Shown here piece after piece: positions 1 through 8,715 of a stretch of 63,992 nt of DNA. Origin of the DNA: Burkholderiales bacterium (GTDB taxonomy: Bacteria > Pseudomonadota > Gammaproteobacteria > Burkholderiales > Thiobacteraceae); the NCBI GenBank assembly GCA_030681095.1, contig JAUXTZ010000043.1, positions 1 through 63,992 on the forward strand, written 5' to 3'. A model generated the notes under the pieces. That model saw nothing but the letters and a program-made list of their open reading frames with translations. It made no database searches and had not been told where the DNA came from. Each line of letters begins with the position of its first letter. Within the stretch, counting starts at the first letter, position 1. The translations under genes were made by a program, and so were the position numbers.

Positions 1-66
1 CACTGAAGGTGCAGCGACTCCCGGCAGCCATCCGGCCTGAGGCGATCAGAAACCGGGTCAGAAAAC

Positions 67-99
67 AAAAAAGCGGCCTTTTGACGGGCCGCTTTTTTT
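67..99. terminator. bidirectional rho-independent terminator
   Basis: Perfect stem aagcggcc (71-78) / ggccgctt (87-94) with an 8-nt loop. An A-run lies upstream and a T-run (93-99) downstream. Confidence 0.6.
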
Positions 100-342
100 G
101 CATCTACCTTGCTAACTTGCTAACTTGTTGATGAACAAGGAGATTGTTCTGGTGGCCTGGGGCAGCTTCTAAAAACCTCCTGCAGACCGCATGAATCCTA
201 GCTCTTCACCAAGTCCTGCAATTGCGGGTACACAGTGGGTACCGCAAACCGCAGGAATGAACTTCAATTGTACGTCGTTAGCCTTCTGAAATGTATTCAG
301 GAGGTCTGCATCGAACCACGTCGCAGCACAGAGGCCAGACAG

Positions 343-1305
343 TTAGTTTCCCCAGATTCTTCTAGCCCGCGACTCATCGACAAAGCGCTCACTCACATGG
401 GGATCGTGGGCTGCGCAGTAAACCCCTAAATTGCTGGGATTAGGTGACCCGCGTAGGTCCCGCAGGGCAACGAACATCTCATGATTTTGAGTTGTTGCAG
501 TACAACCGCCGACGTGCTCGCATTTCTGCCGAACTGTCAGCAGCCGGATCGTCCAAAACATGCGGGGAAGCTCGTGCAATGTCGTCCCTGAGAATACGAA
601 GCCCTGTGCAGCAGGCTTCGGATCCACCCCTGTGTCGTAAATTGATAGCCGAGCACCCTTATGGCTGTTGCACCATCCACAAGCCAAAGCAAAGTTGGAC
701 CCCGCTCCGCCCCCTCCAGCGACGGGAATGATGTGATCTACCTCGATTTGCAAGTCTCGTTCGATCAGTCCCCTCGGCCGAAAAAGGTCCACAATTTTTG
801 GAAGAACTAACGACACAGGAGGTTTGTTCGCCCCCAAAAAATTAGAAATTGCATCGCTCCTAAACGCGTAACCGCACATCCAACAGCGCGGCGGCGTCGC
901 GGCAGCGATAAGGTTCTGCTTTATTAAGCGAGTGGGTGCGGTACGTGCGGTTCCCCTCCGGCGGTGAACCTCCTGCATCAATACACGCGCCACAATTTTG
1001 GCAAATGCCTCCTTGTCATTGGCTGACTCGTTAGGAAAAAGTGAACCGGCACGCGAGATTGCCTCGACATAGATTGCGGCTTCGGAGGCCGACTTATCGA
1101 GCGTCCACCGCTGTGGGCTACTGAGTCCTGCCAGATACCACCGCAGCCACATGCTGGATGCGTCCGCCCGTAGCACCTGCTCGTTGACGGAGGTAACCGC
1201 ATCCGGCAGACGCAGGTTAGTGAGCCGTTGCAACTCGGGAAACTGCCACACCGCCTCAAAGTCTGGAGCTTGGTGAATGAACTGCGTCAGTGAAGCCAAA
1301 GACAT
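343..1305 (-). CDS. HNH endonuclease-domain protein (320 aa)
   Basis: HNH signature EVDHIIPV...ALACGWCNSHKG plus an upstream CWMCGY. The start lies 3 nt after the stop of the DGQHR gene, so the two form an operon. Confidence 0.8.
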   Translation of the reverse strand: MSLASLTQFIHQAPDFEAVWQFPELQRLTNLRLPDAVTSVNEQVLRADASSMWLRWYLAGLSSPQRWTLDKSASEAAIYVEAISRAGSLFPNESANDKEAFAKIVARVLMQEVHRRRGTARTAPTRLIKQNLIAAATPPRCWMCGYAFRSDAISNFLGANKPPVSLVLPKIVDLFRPRGLIERDLQIEVDHIIPVAGGGGAGSNFALACGWCNSHKGARLSIYDTGVDPKPAAQGFVFSGTTLHELPRMFWTIRLLTVRQKCEHVGGCTATTQNHEMFVALRDLRGSPNPSNLGVYCAAHDPHVSERFVDESRARRIWGN

Positions 1306-1308
1306 CGC

Positions 1309-3036
1309 TTAGGCCCGATACGTCCTGGAGAAGTTCGATGTCGCGGGAAGTGCTTTAGGGTCACGGCGATATGCGTACCACATAGATGACCACTGCTTCC
1401 GCGTGCCAGTCGCATCCTTCTTGACGTTCTCCAGCTTCCAGTCCCTGTTGAAGTAGCCCGCATTTACTTCTAGCAGCCAATCGTCAACGATCTGCGCCAC
1501 TTCTGCAATGTCTGTGATGGGACGTCGAGATTCGACCAGATAGGCGAAGAAATCGGTTGCGAGCGTCTGAAGCATTGGCTTGTTGAAGAGATTCGATGAC
1601 CGGGGATTGCCCCAGTAGTTCGGGGAACCGGCTGCACTCGGATCCGTTGACGCGAGTTTGTCCCGGACCGCCGTCCAAAATTGCACGAACACTTGCTTCC
1701 ATGGCCCCTCTTGGGCACTCCATGCCGCCTCGGCCTCTTTTAAAGTGCTGACCCCTTCGGAGTCCAAGACCTCAGACTTTTCGAGGAAGCGGCGCTTCCA
1801 CACATCTGCGTAATCCATCTTCGGGTCGTGGAAATACTTCGCGCCGCGCAACTCGCGAAACATTGCCACGAGCTGACCGAGAACCGACCAGGGGAGCTGG
1901 TTGTTGCCATCGGTTGAGAAACCCCGCGATACGAGATTACAAAACGGGCTTTGTTGATTGACCGCAAAATACGTTATGGCCAAAGCGCTCTGGAGGGGGA
2001 TGCCTGCATCGTCCAGCCTTTCTGCGATGCGATCGAGTTCAGAGTCAGCAAGACTTGTAGAGATGATTGTTCCAAGAAGAGACTTGCGCACGGGCGTAGC
2101 CTTTTGATTGACCACAACAAACTGGAAAACGTGCTCATCCGGCCGATCGTCTAGAAGTAAGGAAATGGGAAGGAGCCGAGAGTACGTTGTCAGCAACTCG
2201 TCCGTGATCTGCGATGGTTGCGCGCCTTCTGCCGTTCGGCGAGCGATCACATCGAGCCGAGTTTCATCCGCATCCATTGCCTTTTGCGCAGCAAGGAGAG
2301 CACCGCCCAGTCGGTGCTGTCCGTCCACAAGCACGATCGGACTCAAATATGCCTTCAACGCCTCACGTGAGAACCCGATCAACCCATCGGCCGGTGCCGA
2401 GGTCCCAAGCTCTGTCAGTACTTGGATGCGCGCTGCAATCTGATCCCAGAAATCAGTGACATAAGACTGCTCAAGCAAAGCCTCTTCAAGCGGCGGGTCA
2501 CCATCGCTGCCGACCTCCGAGTTCGAACTCTCGTTCTCCGCTGCGCCTGAGTTAACGAATGCACGCAACTCGTCAATCAGTCGTGCGGGCATTGCCCTTC
2601 CGCTCAGCGCGGGAACCCTAGCCTCCAAGTAGGTCTTCGCCTCTTGCATCATCTCCAACAGGGAGGCCCCTGATTTGTCGGCAAATGAGATCCGCAGAAG
2701 GCCGAGTGCCATTCCATCCTTTGACGGTGCATCGTTGGTCTGCTCGAAGAAAACTTCGGTGCCCTCTGCCAGACGAAGTGCGCAAAGCAGCGGGTCTTGC
2801 AAAACGTTATTCGGGTTACCGTAAAAGCTCGCGATCTGCTGAATACGGTCGGGATCCTGCTCGCGCTGAAAGCCTAGAAGCTCAGTGGCACCACCATCGT
2901 CGACGCGGGCAAGTTTCTGTGGGACCCCCGCCCACTTGCCAACTTCAGTTGCAGGCGCTGCGAGCAGGACGAGCGGCCGCCCCGAAGAGCTTTCCATAAT
3001 CTTGACTGCGGGATATTCATAAGTGGTGTTTGTCAT
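1309..3036 (-). CDS. DGQHR-domain (DndB-like, ParB/Srx-fold) protein (575 aa)
   Basis: Motifs LGFQREQD, VLVDGQHRLGGAL and FVVVNQKATPV match the DGQHR/DndB-type domain. No other domain recognised. Confidence 0.8.
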   Translation of the reverse strand: MTNTTYEYPAVKIMESSSGRPLVLLAAPATEVGKWAGVPQKLARVDDGGATELLGFQREQDPDRIQQIASFYGNPNNVLQDPLLCALRLAEGTEVFFEQTNDAPSKDGMALGLLRISFADKSGASLLEMMQEAKTYLEARVPALSGRAMPARLIDELRAFVNSGAAENESSNSEVGSDGDPPLEEALLEQSYVTDFWDQIAARIQVLTELGTSAPADGLIGFSREALKAYLSPIVLVDGQHRLGGALLAAQKAMDADETRLDVIARRTAEGAQPSQITDELLTTYSRLLPISLLLDDRPDEHVFQFVVVNQKATPVRKSLLGTIISTSLADSELDRIAERLDDAGIPLQSALAITYFAVNQQSPFCNLVSRGFSTDGNNQLPWSVLGQLVAMFRELRGAKYFHDPKMDYADVWKRRFLEKSEVLDSEGVSTLKEAEAAWSAQEGPWKQVFVQFWTAVRDKLASTDPSAAGSPNYWGNPRSSNLFNKPMLQTLATDFFAYLVESRRPITDIAEVAQIVDDWLLEVNAGYFNRDWKLENVKKDATGTRKQWSSMWYAYRRDPKALPATSNFSRTYRA

Positions 3037-3252
3037 GAGCTTCTAGTAATGGTTTTGCCGGGCCAGCAATTTCTTCTGATATCAACCTCCGACAGCCCAT
3101 CAGATTTTGAAGTGCATAAAACGACGATAACCCGGTCGGATTTAATCATTGAGCACCTGAATAAGAAAATGTAGCCCCTCCGCCCTTCTCCGGCAACTGA
3201 GATGCGCGGAAGTCGCCAGCACGGTCGCAGAAAGTCGCCGAGCCGACGCCTC

Positions 3253-4197
3253 CTACATAATCAAGATGTGCTGATGAATACGCTCCAGCATCGCTTCAAA
3301 GGTAGGCTGCCCGTTGTAGTAAAGGGCGGCCGTCCTCTTAAACTCCTCCTCAAATTGCTTTCGTTGCTCTTGGTCCTCTAGACGAAATGCCGCGTTGCGA
3401 GCGATCACCAGCTCGTCGCCTGACCTAAAGCGGACTTTCTTGCGCTCCTGGTAATCGTGTCGACCGCAGAAGACCTGCACCTCGTCGAGTTCCAGCAGGC
3501 AGTACACGTCGTAGTAGTGGCGCAGGAAATTTCCGGGGAAGGTCTTGGACTCTGCGAGTCGCCGATATTTGGTAGAGACGGTCTGCAGCTTCTCGACGAA
3601 GGTGTGGGTAGGCGCATAGCAAAAAACGTCCTGCGCGCGGTTATCCGCGATCTTGACACCCTTGCCTGCGGCAGTGTCATATGCCCAGGACGAGATCGTC
3701 ACTGGTCGGTTCGGTGCGGTGTCGTCAAATCCTAGCTCGAGCAAAATGCCGGTTTTTACGCCTTCCAGTGCCTTGTTCTTAGTGGGATAGCTTAAACGGA
3801 TGCCCGCGCTGCGCAACCGATCGTCATCGAACGCTGTATCACGCTCGCAGGACGTGATGCCGGGGATCTTGATCTCTTGAGTCAACCAGTCGTAAAAGGT
3901 CCGCCGCGATTCAACGTGCGCCGGTTTGTCCTGGTTGCGGCCGATTTTGACGTCCATGCCCTCTGGAGGCTCGATGCGGATGTCGATGTCCTCGGAAAAG
4001 CGGTGGATGATCCCGAAGCCTTTTGAGAGCGAGGTGCCGCCCTTTAGCTCGAACCGAAACCCCTGCGCCTGCAGTCCCCACAGGCAATGCATGATCCAGT
4101 AATCCTTCTCCACCAGGACCGGATCGATCTCGCGCTCGTCTGAAACTACGCCAATCAGCTCGCCGAAATCCCGACGCTCGTGCAGAAAATCATGCAT
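3253..4197 (-). CDS. abiEii: AbiEii/AbiGii-family nucleotidyltransferase toxin (type IV TA)
   Basis: GGTSLSKGFGIIHRFSEDIDIRI nucleotidyltransferase motif, N-terminal EKDYW. Overlaps the upstream antitoxin gene by 8 nt. Confidence 0.8.
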   Translation of the reverse strand: MHDFLHERRDFGELIGVVSDEREIDPVLVEKDYWIMHCLWGLQAQGFRFELKGGTSLSKGFGIIHRFSEDIDIRIEPPEGMDVKIGRNQDKPAHVESRRTFYDWLTQEIKIPGITSCERDTAFDDDRLRSAGIRLSYPTKNKALEGVKTGILLELGFDDTAPNRPVTISSWAYDTAAGKGVKIADNRAQDVFCYAPTHTFVEKLQTVSTKYRRLAESKTFPGNFLRHYYDVYCLLELDEVQVFCGRHDYQERKKVRFRSGDELVIARNAAFRLEDQEQRKQFEEEFKRTAALYYNGQPTFEAMLERIHQHILIM

Positions 4198-4801
4198 CGA
4201 GCCAACTCATGACGCGCTTCTTTGTGGCCATCGCACCGTAACTTTCAACAGCACGCTTGAGCCGCTGCTTGTCAAAGGCGCCCGCCCGCTCCTTCGCGCG
4301 GGCCAGAACACTGCCTTGGTCTTCCGCAAGCTCACTGAGATTGTTCAACGCGTCGACGAACAAAAACTCAGGAGTCAGCTTCTTGGGAAAGCGCTGCTTC
4401 ATGCGGAAGTCGAACTGCCGGTTGCCCAGTTTGAACACGCCATGCCGCTTGTGGTTGTAGACCACGGTCTGGTTGTACAGCTGAGTCGTGCCTAGCCCCG
4501 CCGAGTTATAGGCTGACGGCGAGAACATCAAAAAGTCCCTGTCGCGAAGAAAGGCGCCGACCAGTTGGGACTCGTCGGGAGGCAGTGCGCCAAAGGTCGA
4601 AGCTCGTGGAGCGTAGTAGAGCCCTTGGGCTAGCTTGGTGAGCTGCCCGTTGTCGACCAGTTCCCGCAGGTCGCGATCAACGGCCTTCGAGAAAGGGACC
4701 AAGTCCTCCCGTCGATACACCCTGCCGGCGCGCAGCGACCCCTTCAATCGCTGTTTAGCGGCTTGCAGCGGTGCTTTGAGCATAGAGTCGGCTGTGGTCA
4801 T
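4190..4801 (-). CDS. abiEi: AbiEi-family antitoxin / transcriptional regulator
   Basis: 203-aa ORF with an N-terminal winged-helix-like segment (LRELVDNGQLTKLAQGLYYAP) typical of AbiEi. Translationally coupled to abiEii. Confidence 0.7.
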   Translation of the reverse strand: MTTADSMLKAPLQAAKQRLKGSLRAGRVYRREDLVPFSKAVDRDLRELVDNGQLTKLAQGLYYAPRASTFGALPPDESQLVGAFLRDRDFLMFSPSAYNSAGLGTTQLYNQTVVYNHKRHGVFKLGNRQFDFRMKQRFPKKLTPEFLFVDALNNLSELAEDQGSVLARAKERAGAFDKQRLKRAVESYGAMATKKRVMSWLDA

Positions 4802-4934
4802 GCTTGGTTTTTCATTAACGTTTCATGCATTTTAACCCAACTTCTTCCTTCTGTGAGGCATCTCTCCTGGCATGTCGATCACCGGCGCCTGAATAACATT
4901 CCGAAATTATGGATTTGACAAACAGCATTCCATT

Positions 4935-7406
4935 TTGGCAGAATACAGGCATCTAATTGTTTTGGAGCCCTCCTTGGCCAGACTCAACGTACAAAGCGAG
5001 CGTGTGCAGCGCCTCATTGACGAGCGCGTCGTTCCGCTCTTCTTTGCGCACGGCAGCATTGGCGCCATGACAAAGGCGCTGAATGGGTCGCTCCAGGGCG
5101 CCGGAATCGTCGGTACGCTTCACCCCAACCGCCTCCACACCTTGCTGTCAAACGACCTGTCTCGCGGGGTGAACGAAGCGACGATTGAGCTGACCGAGCA
5201 GGCTGCGGTGCTGGCATTCGCGCAGGACCCCACCCTGCCCGACCGCGCCACGACAGCCATGGCCGCCCTGCAGCGCGAAGCCGCACGCCTGCATCTCTTC
5301 GCAGACGCGACGGGAACCGAGGCGGGCTCCCGGCTAGGACTCCCGCCTGCCGTCGCCATTCGGCTCATACCGCGTGCGGCAGCTGCCGCGCCAGGCCTGG
5401 CCATTGCCCTTCCCGACGAATTGGCAGACCAGCGTGCGCTGCCGCCGGACTGGGGCTACCAGGACACGGCGGTTACGCGCTGCCTGGAAGCGTTCGGACG
5501 ACGGCCCAACGGACGTATTGGCCTGATCCTTCCCACCGGCGCCGGCAAGACGCGCACGGCGCTACGCATCGTCCTGGCAATGCTGGACCGCGCCACGGAA
5601 CCCAAATCGCCTGTGTATTGGGTTACGCATCGCCGCAACTTGCGCGAACAGGCACACCGCGAACTGCAGAAACTGATTGCCGAGGGACACGAGCATCTGT
5701 CAGCGGAGCGGTTGATCGAGCTCGCGAACCGCATCAAGTTCGTCATGGTCGGCGATTTGTCGCCGCTGCTTGAGGGCGCAGCGATCAAGCCCACCCTGAT
5801 CGTAGTCGATGAAGCCCACCACGCCGCAGCGCCGTCCTACGGTCCAGTCTTCGCCAACCCGTGGGCTGCGCCCGTGCTTCTGTTGACGGCAACGCCCAAC
5901 CGCACCGATGCGCTGCCGATCGGCATCGACGAGATCGCCTTCACCATCACGTACCGTGAACTCGCCGAGCGACGCGCTGTCCTCACGCCCAAGTTTCTCG
6001 ACCTCCCGGTCGAAAACTTCGACTGGTCACCCGAAGCTATCGACGATCTTGCGGACTTCATCGTGGACCGCACAGCCGCCGAGTTCACCAAGGTGCTTGT
6101 GCTGGCCCCGCGCGTCGACCGCGTTGAGGAGTTTTATCGTGCACTGGTGGACCGGCTTCCGCTCGACCATCCTTTGGAGCAGGAGGACTTGGGCTTCGTC
6201 CACGGCACGGGGAACTCCCTGGGCATCGGCAACGAGGATTTCCTCGCGCGGTTCAGCAACAAACCGCGTGCGATCCTCATCTCCGCTCAGTTGTTGCTTG
6301 AGGGATTCGACGATCCGGCCATCAACACCGTCGTCCTGACCTATCCCTCCAGCTCGGTGATCCGACTGATGCAGGCGGCGGGTCGGTGCGTGCGCTATGC
6401 GCCGGATAAGCGCGCCGCCTACGTGGTGCAGGCCCGCAATGACAGCCTGGCCTACCACTTCGACCAACGCTGGCTCTACCAGGAGATCGACGATTTCCTG
6501 CGCCCCCGACTCAAGGACGTTGAATATGGCAGCCTCACCGAGCTGCGGTCCTCGGCGGCCGATATCCTGCGGGCCCACAACGTCGATCCCGCCGTGTCGG
6601 CGCGGCTTCTCACCCGCATCGACTCGATCGCGCCGGGCGAAACCTGCCGGCTCTTCCTCTACGGACTGCCCTACTTCGGCCCTGCGGAGAACTTCGAGGC
6701 GGACGCGAAGTGGAGCGGCATGCTCGAGTCCCCCGAAGTTTCGAACCTGCTTCGCACCCTCTTTAACGGTTTTTGCGCACTGGGCGCGGACCTGTCCGAC
6801 CCTTCAGACTACCTGCTGCGGGATGGAGCGGCTCACGGCCTTGCAAAGGACACGTCTCCAGGCAGCATGTGGGTGGCCATGACAGGCCTGCTAACGGCTG
6901 GCTACTTCGCCAAGCGCGAAGTGCATGGGCCGACTTCGATCGATTCTTCCGGCAGCCGTCCCTACCGAGCCAATGGTGCGACGACCTGGCTGAAGTACGT
7001 CACCTTCACTTATCGCCCGGCCGTGCCCGCAGCGCTGGCGGAGTTCCTCAGTGACTGCCACAACGCAGAGCGAATCGCGTCCCTGTACCTGGAACGCGTG
7101 ACCGAGCACGCGGCAGCGGTCAAGGTACCGCTTCCCCTCGGTGGCAGCGAGGCGTTCCTGCTGGATCCGGCCGCCAAGCAGGAGCTCGACGGCGCGACCT
7201 CCATTCTCCGCACAAAATTGGCGGACGCCAAACCTGAAGATCAATTCGGCGTACTGGCGGCTTTCATCGCCGGCGCCGACTACAAGGACCTCCCGATGCG
7301 CCTGCTGCACCGCACAGAGTTCCTCGTGAACGCAGACCGAGGCGAGCGTGTGCTCGTCCTGCAAGATTTCTTGAACCATGACCCGAAAGAGGTGAACCAT
7401 GCATGA
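4935..7406 (+). CDS. SF2 DEAH-box helicase (ResIII-like), 823 aa
   Basis: Motif I LILPTGAGKTRTAL, motif II VVDEAHHAA, motif III LLTATPNR, motif VI QAAGRCVR. About 170 aa at the N-terminus and about 300 aa at the C-terminus are unassigned. The start at 4935 is a TTG and is uncertain. Confidence 0.8.
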   Translation: MAEYRHLIVLEPSLARLNVQSERVQRLIDERVVPLFFAHGSIGAMTKALNGSLQGAGIVGTLHPNRLHTLLSNDLSRGVNEATIELTEQAAVLAFAQDPTLPDRATTAMAALQREAARLHLFADATGTEAGSRLGLPPAVAIRLIPRAAAAAPGLAIALPDELADQRALPPDWGYQDTAVTRCLEAFGRRPNGRIGLILPTGAGKTRTALRIVLAMLDRATEPKSPVYWVTHRRNLREQAHRELQKLIAEGHEHLSAERLIELANRIKFVMVGDLSPLLEGAAIKPTLIVVDEAHHAAAPSYGPVFANPWAAPVLLLTATPNRTDALPIGIDEIAFTITYRELAERRAVLTPKFLDLPVENFDWSPEAIDDLADFIVDRTAAEFTKVLVLAPRVDRVEEFYRALVDRLPLDHPLEQEDLGFVHGTGNSLGIGNEDFLARFSNKPRAILISAQLLLEGFDDPAINTVVLTYPSSSVIRLMQAAGRCVRYAPDKRAAYVVQARNDSLAYHFDQRWLYQEIDDFLRPRLKDVEYGSLTELRSSAADILRAHNVDPAVSARLLTRIDSIAPGETCRLFLYGLPYFGPAENFEADAKWSGMLESPEVSNLLRTLFNGFCALGADLSDPSDYLLRDGAAHGLAKDTSPGSMWVAMTGLLTAGYFAKREVHGPTSIDSSGSRPYRANGATTWLKYVTFTYRPAVPAALAEFLSDCHNAERIASLYLERVTEHAAAVKVPLPLGGSEAFLLDPAAKQELDGATSILRTKLADAKPEDQFGVLAAFIAGADYKDLPMRLLHRTEFLVNADRGERVLVLQDFLNHDPKEVNHA

Positions 7407-8667
7407 CATCAACCAGAAACCCATCAACGAGTTGCAAGACGCAAAGCTGGTCTCGTTCGACAAAATCTACCTCGATCCGAACAACCCGCGCATCGCTCCT
7501 GAGAATCCGCCCGGCTACAGCGATCCGGAGGCGCTGTTCGCGCCCAACCTCCAAGAGGACCTCGAGCGCCGCGTGCGCCAGGTCTACGACGTCGCCAATC
7601 TCGAAGACTCGATCGTTGCGCATGGCTGGGTTCCCATCGATTCGATCATCGTCTGGGAGCACCCTAAGAAGCCGGATCATTACGTGGTCGTAGAAGGCAA
7701 CACACGCACGGTGGCGCTGCGTTCATTGCGGAGCGAACGCCTGGAGCGCGAGCAGAAAAAGCTCGAGAAGCTGAAGAAGACGCCCTCGCGCTTTGCCGAG
7801 GAACTGAAGGTTCAAGAAGACACCGTCGCGCGGCTCGAGGCCATCGCCGCCAAGACAAGCATGCTGCGGGTCTTCCCCGTGGCAGCCAAGACTGTCGACG
7901 AGCTCCAGGCCATCTTGCCGCGGCTGCTGGGCGTGCGCCACATCAGCCATGCCCGTGAGTGGAAGCCCTATGCGACTAACCTGTATATCCTGTCCCTGTA
8001 TGAACGCCTGTTCCGTGACCGCCATGGCAGCAAGGGCGCTTTGCGACTGGAGGACGACTTGGTCATCCAAGTTGGAGAGCTTGTCTCGCTGGGCAGCACG
8101 AAGACCCGCCGCAACATCCAGGCCGCATCAGCTTTCAGCCACTTCAAGCGGGACTTCGAAGACCGTTTGCCGGAAGGTGAGTCGTTCACTGACGAAGACC
8201 ATTATTTCTTCGAGCTCATCTTGCAGAACTCCTATCCCAAAGAGCAGTTCAGCGTGACAAAGGACGCGCTGCGCCTGCCGCCAGAGTCGGAGGAAGTGCT
8301 CTTCCAGTGGGCTTTCGCCAAGCCGCGCAGCGGCAAGGAAGACGAGAACGAGAACATCTTCTACAAGGCCGAGAGCGTGCGATTGTGGAACCAGATGGCA
8401 ACGTACGACGGCAAGGCACGGACCAACTTCGCCAAGCAACTGGACGTCAATGCCCCGGAAGAGGCGCGTCCCATCCGCGTCATTGAAGCTGAGTTTCTGC
8501 AACACAAGACCCAACGTACGCCCATCGACGCGCTGAGCTCGCTACTGAACACGCTGCAGGATCTCAAGGTGGATACGCTGGTGTCGCAGCAGGAGCACCT
8601 GCGGCCAATCCTCGGCAAGATCTCGCAGCTGGTGACCACCTACGAGAAAATGATGAAGGTGGTCTAA
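7399..8667 (+). CDS. ParB N-terminal-domain (ParB/Srx fold) protein, 422 aa
   Basis: LDPNNPRI and YVVVEGNTRTVALRSL resemble ParB box I and the arginine-patch region. The ATG overlaps the helicase stop by 8 nt. Confidence 0.7.
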   Translation: MHDINQKPINELQDAKLVSFDKIYLDPNNPRIAPENPPGYSDPEALFAPNLQEDLERRVRQVYDVANLEDSIVAHGWVPIDSIIVWEHPKKPDHYVVVEGNTRTVALRSLRSERLEREQKKLEKLKKTPSRFAEELKVQEDTVARLEAIAAKTSMLRVFPVAAKTVDELQAILPRLLGVRHISHAREWKPYATNLYILSLYERLFRDRHGSKGALRLEDDLVIQVGELVSLGSTKTRRNIQAASAFSHFKRDFEDRLPEGESFTDEDHYFFELILQNSYPKEQFSVTKDALRLPPESEEVLFQWAFAKPRSGKEDENENIFYKAESVRLWNQMATYDGKARTNFAKQLDVNAPEEARPIRVIEAEFLQHKTQRTPIDALSSLLNTLQDLKVDTLVSQQEHLRPILGKISQLVTTYEKMMKVV

Positions 8668-8715
8668 AGTTAGCGGTAGGCAGAAGAAATCACAAAAACC
8701 AAATGGAGGTGGAAC

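Noticed and set aside
93-103. TTTTTTTGCAT resembling the T-rich att core reported for Tn4371-type ICEs
   Set aside because: It is simply the U-tract of the terminator, not an exact match to the core as I recall it, and no integrase gene is adjacent.
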